Positions 53,222 through 63,706 of a DNA stretch of 64,000 nt are shown here, one piece after another. The position numbers and the translations under genes were made by a program. Each line of letters begins with the position of its first letter. Positions within the stretch are counted from its first letter, which is position 1. The stretch comes from an uncultured delta proteobacterium (lineage in GTDB: Bacteria > Myxococcota_A > Polyangia > Polyangiales > Polyangiaceae), in assembly GCA_963696385.1 (NCBI GenBank), contig CAVOKF010000004.1, forward strand, positions 608,001-672,000. The letters run 5' to 3'. The notes beneath the pieces were generated by a model that worked only from the letters and a program-made list of their open reading frames with translations, searched no databases and was not told the DNA's origin.

Positions 53222-54628
53222 ATGGGCGATCCCCGGACACTGCTGCGCGTGTTCGACGAGTTTCTCTGGGCTCTTCGGCGGGAAGAGTTCGCGATTTCCC
53301 CGGCGCAAGCGATTACCGTCGCGCAAGCCCTCGAGCAGACCGGGATCGCGAACCCGCGGAGGGTGCGTAGCGCGATCGCGAGCGTCGTCGTGTGGCACGC
53401 AGCCGACCGGCGCCGGTTCGACGCCGCGTTCGATGCATTCTTCACTCCCGCGTTCGAGTCGCGCAATTTCTGGCGGCGGTTGGCTGCACGCGGATTCGAT
53501 TCCGCCGAGCTCGACGTCTTGCGGGGGCTCTTGAATTCCCAGGATTCCGAGGCGCAGGACGTCGCCACGTTGGCGAAAGCGACCGAGGGGGGAGCGGAGC
53601 TGGACCGCCTCCTCGCGGCGTCCGGGATCGCCCAATCCATCGATGCACATAGCGGCTTGCAGGTCGGCTTCGAGACGCACCGGGTGCTCAGACGAGCCGG
53701 CCTTGACCCGTCGCGACGCGTCCTTGCGTGGCTTCGCTCGGGGCTTACCGACGCACTCGGCGCTCGGGGCGGGGAGCTGGCCGACGCGCTCGGTCTCGAA
53801 ATCGACCGTGTCGGCGACGAGGTTCGCTCCTACGTGCGCCGCATTTTCGAGGCGCGAACCGAAGAAGCCGAGCGGCGCCGTCATGGGGCACGGGCGGAAG
53901 CCGTGCCGTTCGCGTCGCTGACGGACGCACAGGCCGACGAAGTGCGGCGCGCGCTCCAGCGACTGGCGGATCGCCTTCGCGGTCGCGCACGCGTCCGCGT
54001 CCGGCGCAACGCACGGGGTCGAGTCGACCCCCACGCGACCCTCCGGGCGAGCCTGCGTACGGCCGGGGTCCCGTTCGACCTCCGAACCATTCGGCGCCGC
54101 CGTGAGCGCCCTAAGTTGGTGCTTTTGTGCGACGTCAGCGATTCGATGCGGCCGGTCGCACGCTTTCTGCTCGAGTTCGCGTTTGCGCTGCAGGATCTCT
54201 TCGAAACGGCTCGGACGTTCGTCTTCGTGAGCGACCTGGGCGAGACGACCGAGCTTTTCAAGCGCGAAGGCGTCGAGGTGGCCGTCACGCAAGCCTGGCG
54301 CGGCGCCGGGGTGGTTCGCACTGGCGACAATTCCAACTACGGACGCGTCCTCCGATCCTTCGAAGAGCACCATCTGCGTGAGCTCGATCGCCGGACGACC
54401 GTCGTGATTGTCGGCGACGGACGCACGAACTACGGCGAAGCTGCCCCCGAAGTCCTCGACCGAATCCGCGAACGCTCCCGCGCGCTGGTTTGGCTTTGTC
54501 CCGAATCGCGCGGTCAGTGGGCTCAGGGTGACAGCGCGATGCGTAGCTATGCGCCCCGCTGCACAGTAGTATTCGAGGTTGGCTGTGCCGCAGATGTCGA
54601 GCGCGTCGCCCGGATGCTCGTGGGCTGA
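53222..54628 (+). CDS. CoxE-like VWA domain protein
   Basis: LCDVSDSM MIDAS-like motif, SNYG, GDGRTNY, W..P..R..W..GDS. Confidence 0.88.
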   Translation: MGDPRTLLRVFDEFLWALRREEFAISPAQAITVAQALEQTGIANPRRVRSAIASVVVWHAADRRRFDAAFDAFFTPAFESRNFWRRLAARGFDSAELDVLRGLLNSQDSEAQDVATLAKATEGGAELDRLLAASGIAQSIDAHSGLQVGFETHRVLRRAGLDPSRRVLAWLRSGLTDALGARGGELADALGLEIDRVGDEVRSYVRRIFEARTEEAERRRHGARAEAVPFASLTDAQADEVRRALQRLADRLRGRARVRVRRNARGRVDPHATLRASLRTAGVPFDLRTIRRRRERPKLVLLCDVSDSMRPVARFLLEFAFALQDLFETARTFVFVSDLGETTELFKREGVEVAVTQAWRGAGVVRTGDNSNYGRVLRSFEEHHLRELDRRTTVVIVGDGRTNYGEAAPEVLDRIRERSRALVWLCPESRGQWAQGDSAMRSYAPRCTVVFEVGCAADVERVARMLVG

Positions 54629-54796
54629 CGGCTGCGTCGCAGCACGACTGCGGACCTGATCCGAGGAGGCGGGGCTTCACGGAGCCGTTCGAAGGTTGGG
54701 CCGCGCCCTTTCGTTTTGCGTCGCGCACTACCTGCCGTCCGAGTGACAGGCCACCCCCGTCGGGCTAGTAGCGCCCACTCGTCGGAGGGCGTCGGG

Positions 54797-56704
54797 ATGC
54801 GGATGCTATCGACTGGACGTCAAATCGTCGCCATCGTGCTCGTCGGCCTCGTCGCGCTCTCGTGCGTCCGTCTGGCCCGCGCCTTGTTCCGCAAGCCCAT
54901 CGGGGCCGTGCTACCGCTCGCATTTTGCCTGATGATCGGCGTCGAAGCCGTCATCCTGAACACGCTCGGCCTCGTTCATGGGGCGACCCCGACCGGGCTC
55001 GCCATCGCCCACGTGCTTTTCGTGGCCGGCGTGCTGCTCGGTGAGATCCCGCGAAAGGACGGGGGAGTGCGCGGGCTCTTAACCGAGTTGCGGCGCGCGT
55101 TGGCCTTCGGATGGCGAAGCCCCGTGACTCCCATGGTGCTGCCGATTTTCGCGACCTTGGATTTCGTCGCGATCGTCTACCCGCCCAACAACGGCGACAG
55201 CATGACGTATCACCTCGCCCGAGTCGTCCATTGGATGCAGAACGGTTCGGTCGCCTTCGTTCCGACCAGCGACTCGCGAGAGAACGTCCCAGGCCCGGGC
55301 GCGGAATATCTCGTTCTGCTTTGGCAATCGCTCACCGGCTCGGACCAATTCGCGAACACGGTGCAGACGACCGCGTTCGTCGTCGTGGTCGTGTGGATCG
55401 CCACGGTCGTGCGTTACCTCCGGGCGCCTCCGGCGCTCCGGCTTCCGCTCGCCATGCTTTTCGCTACGGTGCCGAGCTTTCTCCTCGAGGCGACGACCGA
55501 GCAAAACGATCTCTGCGCGGCGGTCGCTGCGCTCGCGGTCGTGACCGCCCTGAGAAACCCTCTGTTCGGCGCGACCCCGAGGCTCGGGTATCGCGACGGT
55601 ATCGCTCTCGGCCTGGCGATCGGAACGAGCTACCTGGTCAAGGGGACGGGCCTGATCTTCGTTTTGCCGCTCCTCGGCTGCGCCGCGGCGAGGCTTTTGC
55701 GTGCCGTACTTGTCGCTCGGGGACGCCAGCTTCTGCGCTGGGGAAAAGTAGCCGCGACCGCGCTTTCAGTCGTCGTCGTCGTGGCCGGTCCTCATTTGCT
55801 CCGAAAGGCGGTTGCTCACGGGCTCTTGGGGCCCATCGAGATGGAGGTGACCTTTCCCCTCTCGAGCTTCGGCTTACGACGATTCGCGAACCCGCTCTTC
55901 GCTTTCGCGCATCATGTCCCTCTCGATGGATTCAACGCCTGGCTCCGGCGCCTCTTCGATCGCGTGAGCAAGACCGACCCGCCGAATGGAGACCGTTGGG
56001 GGAGCGTCGACGGTTTTTATGCCGGTCAGGCGCTGACACAAGAGGAAGATTTTGCCGGAGCTCCGATTCAATTCGCCGCCACGTGGCTCTTTTCAATCCT
56101 CGGCGCGGTGTGGGCGGCACGTCGCCGCCCGGGCGCGAATGCCGCGCTCGCGACCGCCCTTTTGCCCCTCGCGGGATGGGTGATCTTTCATTGGGTGGTG
56201 AGAAATCAGGCATGGATCGCGCGCTATCATTCTCCGTGGCTCGCCATGGCCCCCTTATCGGCCTGGGGCGTCTGCCGATGGGCGCGCGAGAGCGCATCCT
56301 TTTGCAAAGGGTCCGCGGGGGCGGTGACGGCCGCGGCGGTGCTCAGCGTCGCGTATGGGTGGAGCACCCTCGTGACGAACCCGTTGCGGCCCGTCACGAC
56401 CGCCAACCTCGCCACCCTCGATCGCACTCACTCCCAGTATTTTTACGAGCCTACACTCGAGCGTGAGCACCCCGTAGTGCTCAAGGTGGCCGCCGACCGT
56501 CGCTGCTCGACGCTGATCCTCGGGTTTTTGCACGACAACATTTCCGAATATCAGCTCACCTGGCGAGCGCATGAGCGTGGTATCCGCGTGTACCACTTTC
56601 CCGGCCCAAAGGACGGCTGTCTTCTCTACGCGCCCGACGGCTTCGACGACCCCCATTGGAGACACCTCGAGGGGAATTTGCCCTCGATCTACGTGCCACG
56701 GTAA
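54797..56704 (+). CDS. Polytopic membrane protein, probable GT-C glycosyltransferase
   Basis: PPNNGDSMTYHLARVVHW loop, TTEQNDL, K-G-T-G and RY motifs; more than 10 TM helices. Confidence 0.75.
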   Translation: MRMLSTGRQIVAIVLVGLVALSCVRLARALFRKPIGAVLPLAFCLMIGVEAVILNTLGLVHGATPTGLAIAHVLFVAGVLLGEIPRKDGGVRGLLTELRRALAFGWRSPVTPMVLPIFATLDFVAIVYPPNNGDSMTYHLARVVHWMQNGSVAFVPTSDSRENVPGPGAEYLVLLWQSLTGSDQFANTVQTTAFVVVVVWIATVVRYLRAPPALRLPLAMLFATVPSFLLEATTEQNDLCAAVAALAVVTALRNPLFGATPRLGYRDGIALGLAIGTSYLVKGTGLIFVLPLLGCAAARLLRAVLVARGRQLLRWGKVAATALSVVVVVAGPHLLRKAVAHGLLGPIEMEVTFPLSSFGLRRFANPLFAFAHHVPLDGFNAWLRRLFDRVSKTDPPNGDRWGSVDGFYAGQALTQEEDFAGAPIQFAATWLFSILGAVWAARRRPGANAALATALLPLAGWVIFHWVVRNQAWIARYHSPWLAMAPLSAWGVCRWARESASFCKGSAGAVTAAAVLSVAYGWSTLVTNPLRPVTTANLATLDRTHSQYFYEPTLEREHPVVLKVAADRRCSTLILGFLHDNISEYQLTWRAHERGIRVYHFPGPKDGCLLYAPDGFDDPHWRHLEGNLPSIYVPR

Positions 56705-56876
56705 ACGGAAATCGCGGCGATCGGAGGCGAGTTCGGTCGTCGGGGGCGCGGCCAGCGGTGTGGCAGCGTGCTTGCGCGAAGAGCGTGGCGTTCGGGTGCT
56801 CTCTCCATGCGCGAATCGTGCGCGTCCATCCGTGCAAATCCGGCGCGGGGAGGAACTCGTTGAATCCGGTTTCTTT

Positions 56877-57584
56877 TCAGCCGACGGCGTTAGCGATGCA
56901 GAGAAGGTTCTTGCCGAGTGGCGGTTCAACCAAGCGTTCCAGCTTAGCGCCCACCGGTACGACGAAGCGATCGTATAGCCGAGCAGCGGTCTCGTCGAAG
57001 CGCGACCGTCGAAGAACCCGTCCTGCCACAAACCACGGAATCACACCGAGGACATCGAAGTACCGAAGATGGTGCACCGAGAAACCGGCTTGTTCCACCG
57101 CACGCCAAAGAGACGACTTCGTATAACGTCGGTGGTGATGGACGAGCGCGTCCAGGGTGCCGTACAAGAAAGGGAGCGCCGGAACAAAGAGGAGGAGCGA
57201 TCCGTCTGGTTTGAGCAGAGCTCGCAGCTGCCGAAGCATCTCCTTGTCATCTTCCACGTGCTCTAGGACATTGATCAGTACGCACGAGTCGAACGACCTA
57301 GGCGCGAGATACGGGGTCACTGCCGCCAACGATCCCGCCATCGTCCTAACGTGTCTGCGACCCCCGAACCGATCTCGCAGCCGGGCCGCGAGGTTTTCGG
57401 CAGGCTCCACCAGAACGGCCTCGCTCGCTTCGTCTACATACCGGTCGGAGAGGTTTCCGATACCCGCCCCAACCTCGAGGACGCGCCTTCCCTTCAATCG
57501 TGTACGGAATGACTCGAGCACCCAATTCTGGTACCGCCGCATGTCGGCCAGCGCCTCGAGGTCCTGCCCGTCGTAGGATGGCAT
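56877..57584 (-). CDS. Class I SAM-dependent methyltransferase
   Basis: VLEVGAGIG, NVLEHVEDD, LFVPA...D....HHRRY. Confidence 0.92.
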   Translation of the reverse strand: MPSYDGQDLEALADMRRYQNWVLESFRTRLKGRRVLEVGAGIGNLSDRYVDEASEAVLVEPAENLAARLRDRFGGRRHVRTMAGSLAAVTPYLAPRSFDSCVLINVLEHVEDDKEMLRQLRALLKPDGSLLLFVPALPFLYGTLDALVHHHRRYTKSSLWRAVEQAGFSVHHLRYFDVLGVIPWFVAGRVLRRSRFDETAARLYDRFVVPVGAKLERLVEPPLGKNLLCIANAVG

Positions 57585-57595
57585 CGCGACGGTCC

Positions 57596-58438
57596 TCAGG
57601 GGTCCGACGACTGGCGGGCCCCCGCATCATCGGAGGAACGGCCGAGAGAAGCGCTTGAATGAACTTCTTCGACACCCTCCGAGAGACGGGTCGAGAGCGC
57701 CGCCGCAGCGGTCGGCCGGCGACCGGAGGATGAAGTCTCCCACAATAGGGCGAGCCGGCGCTTCAAGATCATCCGAAGGACCGCCAGTGCGTGGTGAGCG
57801 CGAATCTTCTTCCCTTGTTCGTAAGTGCGCCCGGCATAGCTGACCGCGACTTCGTAACTCGCCTCTGCGCGCGGTACGACCCGACTCAGGATTTCCGCGT
57901 GCTGCTCCCATCCGTTCGATTGCAGCTCATTGTGGTCAAGCAACGAACGACGATAGAGTAGATAACAACTGTATGTGTCCGTGAACGTCGTGTTGAATAG
58001 GAAGTTAAATATCAACGTCAACAGTTGATTGCCCTGCTTGTGCCAAAAATAATGCACGCGTGTCCAAGGAGACGCGAGCATTCGACTTCCGATCACGACG
58101 TCGGCATTGAACCGGATGACCGGCTCCATCAGCTTATGGTAATCTGCCGGGTCGTATTCGAGATCCGCGTCTTGAAAAAGCACGAACTCGCCGGTCGCGT
58201 GGGCCAACCCAGCGCGAACGGCCGCACCCTTTCCGCTGTTTCGCGGCTGCCTGACCAATTTGTCGTACAGCCCGACGTTTGCTTCCAACAGCGCAACCGT
58301 GCGGTCTTTCGACCCATCGTCGATGACGACGATCTCTAGCTCGATGCCGGGAAGCGACTGAGCCCTGACCCTGCGCAAAAGTTCGAGGATCGTTCGCTCT
58401 TCATTGTAGGCGGGAACGATGACGGTCACGCGAAGCAT
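57596..58438 (-). CDS. GT2 glycosyltransferase (DPM1-like polyprenol-phosphate sugar synthase)
   Basis: VPAYNE, IDDGSKD, NSGKGAA, QDADLEYDP, GSR, R.YEQGKKI. Confidence 0.92.
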   Translation of the reverse strand: MLRVTVIVPAYNEERTILELLRRVRAQSLPGIELEIVVIDDGSKDRTVALLEANVGLYDKLVRQPRNSGKGAAVRAGLAHATGEFVLFQDADLEYDPADYHKLMEPVIRFNADVVIGSRMLASPWTRVHYFWHKQGNQLLTLIFNFLFNTTFTDTYSCYLLYRRSLLDHNELQSNGWEQHAEILSRVVPRAEASYEVAVSYAGRTYEQGKKIRAHHALAVLRMILKRRLALLWETSSSGRRPTAAAALSTRLSEGVEEVHSSASLGRSSDDAGARQSSDP

Positions 58439-58617
58439 GTCATCCTCACCTTACTTCGTCTGGCCGGAATACGAACCGGGCATGTCAGCTCGGCAGGACG
58501 CGCGCCGCCGGCTCGGGGATTCGCCGTACCCTCCGATAGGGAGCACGCGTTGCGTCACGGACAACCATAAACTAGAATTCGGAACGACGTAAGTCGTCCC
58601 CTTGAGGAACTCGACCC

Positions 58618-60225
58618 ATGACGTCCATCGTTTCTTCGTCACGGCTCGTGGGTGGCGGCCGGACCCGCGTCAACGGAAATGCCGCGTCGACGCCCGTCCT
58701 GATGATCACGCCTCCTTCCGTTTTCCTGCTCGATGAGCGAGTATTCATCAGCCTCGGAATTCTCAAGGTCGCGGCTGTCCTCGAACAGGCCGGCTGGAGT
58801 GTCGAGCTGCTCGACCTATCGGGGATTGAAAACTTCGTCGACGTGGTCGATCTCCATGTGCGGAATTCGACTACACGCTTCGCTGCACTGACGGCGACGA
58901 CGCCGCAGCTGCCGGCCGCCGTGAAAATCGCCGAACGGATTCGCGCCGTACGGCCCGACATCCGCATCGTCGTGGGCGGGCCACACGTTACCCTGGTGCA
59001 TGCAGCGGTCAAGTTGGAGAAACGGGCTGGCCGTGTCGGGCGTGCCCATCGCGCTCTCGCCGGCCTGGAAGCCGTCTTTGACGTGCTCGTCGCGGGGGAT
59101 GGCGAGATATCCATCTTCGAGGCTCTTTCCGATAACCCGCCTCGCTTGATTGATGCGGACGATCCCAAAACTGGTTTGTTCATGAACGACGCCGTCTACG
59201 ATGCTTCGCCTTTCCCGGCGCGGCACCTCGTCGACGTGTCAACCTACAACTACACGATCGAAGGTCACCGTGCGACGAGCCTCATTGCGCAGCTCGGCTG
59301 CCCCTTTGGCTGCGGCTTCTGCGGCGGCCGCAATTCAAAGTCGCTTCGGATGATTCGGACAAGGACCACGCAGTCGATCGTCGATGAGATCAGGATGTTG
59401 CACCAGCGTTACGGCTTCACAGGTTTCATGTTTTACGACGACGAACTGAACGTGAGCAAAAGTCTCGTTGAACTCATGAATGGTCTGGCGGGTCTCCAGT
59501 CCGAGCTCGGCGTTGCATTCCGCCTTCGTGGCTTCGTGAAGTCCGAGTTGTTCACCGATGAGCAGGCTGCTGCTATGTATCGCGCGGGATTCCGGTGGCT
59601 GTTATGCGGGTTCGAAGCCGCATCGCCGCGCATACTCGAGAATATCAACAAACGAGCGACACTCCAAGACAACAATCGAGTTGTCGAGATAGCACGCAGA
59701 CACGGTCTCAAGGTCAAGGCCCTGATGTCCGTCGGTCACCCGGGCGAGTGCGAGGAATCGATACATGCGATCCAGGCCTGGCTGCTTGATGTCAAACCCG
59801 ACGACTTCGACTGTACAGTAATTACGACGTATCCAGGAACGCCTTATTATGATGAAGCCATCGAGCATCCGACGATCAAGGGTGCATGGACGTACACCTG
59901 CAAACGTACGGGGGACCGGCTTCATGCGTACGACGTCGACTTCACCCGCGTTGCCGAGTACTATAAAGGCGACCCCGACGGCGGCTATCACTCATACGTT
60001 TTCACCGATCATCTCTCGGGTGAAGAAATCGTGAAATGGCGCGACTGGGTGGAGCGCTCGGTGCGCGACAAGCTCAATATTCCATTCAACGCGGGTAACC
60101 CAGCGATCCGCTACGAGCATTCAATGGGACAAGGAATCAATAGCCTTCCGTCCTTCGTTCTCCGGACCAGCGAGAGTTCGACTGCCTCTACGCTCGTCGG
60201 AGTGAACGTTAGGTCGGGCGGGTAG
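58618..60225 (+). CDS. Cobalamin-binding radical SAM enzyme (class B type)
   Basis: N-terminal B12-binding domain (SLGILKVAAVL, VVGGPH), CPFGCGFC cluster motif, YDDELN, GFE, YPGTP; start uncertain. Confidence 0.92.
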   Translation: MTSIVSSSRLVGGGRTRVNGNAASTPVLMITPPSVFLLDERVFISLGILKVAAVLEQAGWSVELLDLSGIENFVDVVDLHVRNSTTRFAALTATTPQLPAAVKIAERIRAVRPDIRIVVGGPHVTLVHAAVKLEKRAGRVGRAHRALAGLEAVFDVLVAGDGEISIFEALSDNPPRLIDADDPKTGLFMNDAVYDASPFPARHLVDVSTYNYTIEGHRATSLIAQLGCPFGCGFCGGRNSKSLRMIRTRTTQSIVDEIRMLHQRYGFTGFMFYDDELNVSKSLVELMNGLAGLQSELGVAFRLRGFVKSELFTDEQAAAMYRAGFRWLLCGFEAASPRILENINKRATLQDNNRVVEIARRHGLKVKALMSVGHPGECEESIHAIQAWLLDVKPDDFDCTVITTYPGTPYYDEAIEHPTIKGAWTYTCKRTGDRLHAYDVDFTRVAEYYKGDPDGGYHSYVFTDHLSGEEIVKWRDWVERSVRDKLNIPFNAGNPAIRYEHSMGQGINSLPSFVLRTSESSTASTLVGVNVRSGG

Positions 60226-60264
60226 CGTTTAGCCGATGCCCGTAAGTGGTGCGCGGCGACGGCT

Positions 60265-62451
60265 CTACGCGCGAATCGGTCGCACGGGAAACTTCGCGCC
60301 CGGCCGTTCCCGTGCGGACAGACTTCGCCGACGCCGACGATCCCAAAGTGCCAAAAGGGCGGGGCCCAACAAGCCGGCGCCCATCGCGGCGTACGCGAAG
60401 ATCGAGATGACGGGGCGGTAGACGAAGCGCACGCGATGACGGCCGGTCGACGCGATCCGGATCGCTTTGAACGTCTGCATGGACCGCTCGATGGCAACCG
60501 CTCTTCCGTCGACAGTCGCCGACCAACCGGGATCGAAATTGTCGACCCAAGTGAGATATCCCGGCTCCGCGTTCGCGATCTTCATCCTCAGCTCGCTGCC
60601 GTCGAAGTACTCGATGGTCGGTCCTTCCAGCTTGGCCGAATGTGCGGCGGAGTCGTCGAGAAAACTCGCTGCGTCCGGATGAAGTGCGCTGTGAAAGAAC
60701 ACCTTCTGTTGGCCCATGAGCCGGTGCCAATCTGCCGGCCGCGTGTTTTCGTGAAACTTCCAGTACGATTCGTAGTCGAAGGCCGCCGTCGGGACCGCCG
60801 TCAGGTTATTGGTCAGTCCCAGGGACCCCCATGGGTCCGGGTGCTCGTCGAGGCGATCCAGGGCGAAATAGTCGCGCACGAGATGGAAGAAATCCGCCTT
60901 TCTCTTGGCGTAATCCCACGCAGGGCCCATCCGATCGGAGCTGGCGCCCTCTGCGATGCCGGCTTGCGCGACAAGGGTGGCGACCGGCCGGGCCCACAGG
61001 AATCGCCCTTGGATGCCCGTGTCCTGGGTGACAATCGCGAGCACGATCCCGAGTGCGATCGTGCTTCCATGGCGCACCTCGGCCCAATTCACGGCGATGA
61101 CGGACAAGACCACCACGAACGTGAAGAGAGTCGACATGAGAAAGTCGAGCTCGGTCGAGCCGTCCGGGAAATTTTGCATATCGTATAATGCGTATTCGTG
61201 GTGAAACTGGTCTTTTACGAAATACGCCAATACTTGAATGACAAAGATCGAGCCAAACGCAATCCACGCCGAGCGCGCCATCAATCTCCGATCCTCGGTG
61301 GCTCTCCCCAACTGCTCGGCAAAGAAGCCGTATCCTTGATGAATGGCGATCGCCAGAACGGGCAAGGCGATGATCGTCATGCGCGAGAAGACGCGCATTT
61401 GGTTGACGATGGGCAGAAAGCTCCAGAGGGGCGCAAACCAATACGATCGGTAGCCGAGAATGAGAGTCAGAAGCCCGATGAAGGCAACCAGCACCCCGAT
61501 TTTCTCCTGGTTGTTCGGATGGCGCCAGAAGAAGAGCGCGATGAGAAAGACCGTGAAAATTCCTGGATAGAAGCAGCCCTCGACGGTGCAGATGGGCGGA
61601 AAGACAAGCCCGCCCACGAGGTCCACCATCGAGAATGGAAATGCGGTTGCATAGGCAAACTCGCCGCCCGCTCGGTCGCGGGTGAGCCTCGAGACGAAGG
61701 AAACGGCCGAGACGTAGGGTGCGGTCAGCAGGACGGGCGTCGCGATCAGCGAGATTTGCAGGATGAGACGCTCACTCCAGTTCGGCCCCGGACTTGCCCA
61801 ATGGAGATAAACGCCGTACGCCGCATAGAGAAAGAAGCTGTAAACGACGAAATATGGATAACCAGCGGTGATCTCGCAACACAGCGCGAACATCCCGAAG
61901 TAGACCGGGCGCAGGCGCGACTCGACGTGCGCGGAATGGATGGCGCCGAGGACCCAGGGGACCCATGCGATGGCATGAATCGCGTTGGGGAAGCGCATGA
62001 ATTCTCCTATCGACCAACACGCCGAGAGGATGACGGACGTGAAGAGCGCCGGGGCTGACTTTCCGTAGACTTGGTGGAGCCAGCGGTACGTGCCGAGAGA
62101 AAAGAGACTCACCCCGAAGACGGTGAATATTTGGTGAAACCAAATATTGTAATTACCGAACACGAGGCGCGCGGCGATCGGCAGGACATTGAGCGGGTAC
62201 AGCGGTGCCGCAAACGGATTGCCGAAAAAGGAATAGCCGCAAGCTTCCGCGGGCGACCACGTGGGAAAATGCCCATGCGCAACTAAATCGGCGAGGTAGG
62301 TCTTGTAGGAGTAATACAGATAATAAAAATCGTTGCCGACAACGAGGAGAGAAGTGTTCGGATAAATGAATCTAAAATAGTACAAGAATGGGAAAATAAA
62401 AACGAGAGTGGGCCCGATGTGGCGTTTCATGCGAATGGACGGGGGCATCAC
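60265..62451 (-). CDS. YfhO-family membrane glycosyltransferase (GT-C)
   Basis: DF...YY, P.W.P...G..F..NP...PLYP, multiple TMs, C-terminal PGWSATVDG...G.H.V.F.Y.P; start 62451 or 62430. Confidence 0.85.
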   Translation of the reverse strand: MMPPSIRMKRHIGPTLVFIFPFLYYFRFIYPNTSLLVVGNDFYYLYYSYKTYLADLVAHGHFPTWSPAEACGYSFFGNPFAAPLYPLNVLPIAARLVFGNYNIWFHQIFTVFGVSLFSLGTYRWLHQVYGKSAPALFTSVILSACWSIGEFMRFPNAIHAIAWVPWVLGAIHSAHVESRLRPVYFGMFALCCEITAGYPYFVVYSFFLYAAYGVYLHWASPGPNWSERLILQISLIATPVLLTAPYVSAVSFVSRLTRDRAGGEFAYATAFPFSMVDLVGGLVFPPICTVEGCFYPGIFTVFLIALFFWRHPNNQEKIGVLVAFIGLLTLILGYRSYWFAPLWSFLPIVNQMRVFSRMTIIALPVLAIAIHQGYGFFAEQLGRATEDRRLMARSAWIAFGSIFVIQVLAYFVKDQFHHEYALYDMQNFPDGSTELDFLMSTLFTFVVVLSVIAVNWAEVRHGSTIALGIVLAIVTQDTGIQGRFLWARPVATLVAQAGIAEGASSDRMGPAWDYAKRKADFFHLVRDYFALDRLDEHPDPWGSLGLTNNLTAVPTAAFDYESYWKFHENTRPADWHRLMGQQKVFFHSALHPDAASFLDDSAAHSAKLEGPTIEYFDGSELRMKIANAEPGYLTWVDNFDPGWSATVDGRAVAIERSMQTFKAIRIASTGRHRVRFVYRPVISIFAYAAMGAGLLGPALLALWDRRRRRSLSARERPGAKFPVRPIRA

Positions 62452-62623
62452 TCGTCACTCGGAAAGACGCGCGCAGGCATGGCGCGAAGGGAGGGCAGAA
62501 CGGACTCCCGCAGAGGCGATCGAGCGCGGCGGGGCACCGTCCATGAACGGGGTGGTACCCCGAGGCGCCCGAAGGCAGGCGCCGAGGCTCTCATGACTGG
62601 GCGCCTCCTTTACCATGTCGCGC

Positions 62624-63706
62624 TCAGCGCGACCGCCCGAGCTCCACGTGGCAGTCGTCTCCCACGAGCAGGTTGAGCGCACCTTGGCGGGTCTCACCGG
62701 GCTGCACGACGACGCGTCGTCCGATGATCGAGTCTTCGAGGCGCCCGATTTCACGGATGCGCCCGCCGTTTAAGATGATCGAGTGATCGACGCTTGCACG
62801 CTCGATGACCACGTCGTCGCCGATGCTGGTAAAAGGGCCAATGTGGGCGTCGACGATGCGGCTGCGGGCGCCGACGATGATGGGGCCGCGCAGCGTCGAT
62901 CGGACGATCTGCGACCCCGCCGCGATTCGCACGCGCCCCGATAGCCGACTCTCCTTGTCGACGGTGCCCTGGTTGTCGTGAACGAGCCAGTCATCGAGCA
63001 CCGTGTCGTTTGCGAGAAGCAAGTCGTCCTTCTTGCCGGTGTCGAGCCACCACGATTGCACGCGATTGAAGCGGACCGTGTGCCCCAATTCGATCAACAT
63101 GCTGAGGGCATCGGTAATTTCCAATTCGCCGCGAGCCGACGGTCGAATGCGTTCGATGGCTTCGAAGATCGCCGCCCGAAAAAGATAAATGCCGACCAAC
63201 GCGAGGTTGCTGCGCGGCTCCTTCGGCTTTTCCACGAGACGCGTGACGTTTCCCGATGCATCCACTTCGGCGACGCCGAATTGCGACGGGTTGGTCACCT
63301 CTTTGAGCATCACGGAGGCTGCTATCGAAGGCGAAGCCGCGAAGGCAGCAACGGCGTCGCGGATCTTCGTCCCAATCAAATTGTCTCCCAAGAACATGCA
63401 GAAATCGCTGTCCCCCAAGTACGCTTGCGCGGTCTTCACCGCATGGGCGAGCCCAGCCGGCCGGCTTTGAACCACGTAGTGCACCCGCGCCCCCCAGCGC
63501 GATCCGTCGCCGACCGCGTCGCGAACCTCGGATCCGGTCTCGGGCGAGATAATCATGGCAATCTCGGTGATGGCGGCATCGACGAGATTGTCGAGAACGT
63601 AAAATAGAATGGGCCGGTTGGCGACGGGGACGAGCTGCTTGGCCCCTGTGTACGTCAGCGGCCGCAGGCGGGTCCCGGATCCACCTGCCAAAACGAGTCC
63701 CTTCAC
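62624..63706 (-). CDS. rmlA: Glucose-1-phosphate thymidylyltransferase (long form)
   Basis: LAGGSGTRLRPLT...KQL, LGDN, EKP, SARGELEITD, WLDTG, C-terminal beta-helix. Confidence 0.95.
   Translation of the reverse strand: MKGLVLAGGSGTRLRPLTYTGAKQLVPVANRPILFYVLDNLVDAAITEIAMIISPETGSEVRDAVGDGSRWGARVHYVVQSRPAGLAHAVKTAQAYLGDSDFCMFLGDNLIGTKIRDAVAAFAASPSIAASVMLKEVTNPSQFGVAEVDASGNVTRLVEKPKEPRSNLALVGIYLFRAAIFEAIERIRPSARGELEITDALSMLIELGHTVRFNRVQSWWLDTGKKDDLLLANDTVLDDWLVHDNQGTVDKESRLSGRVRIAAGSQIVRSTLRGPIIVGARSRIVDAHIGPFTSIGDDVVIERASVDHSIILNGGRIREIGRLEDSIIGRRVVVQPGETRQGALNLLVGDDCHVELGRSR

Noticed and set aside
51727..54800. tRNA-Arg as an integration site for a genomic island
   Set aside because: No integrase and no duplicated tRNA 3' end seen; tadA follows directly
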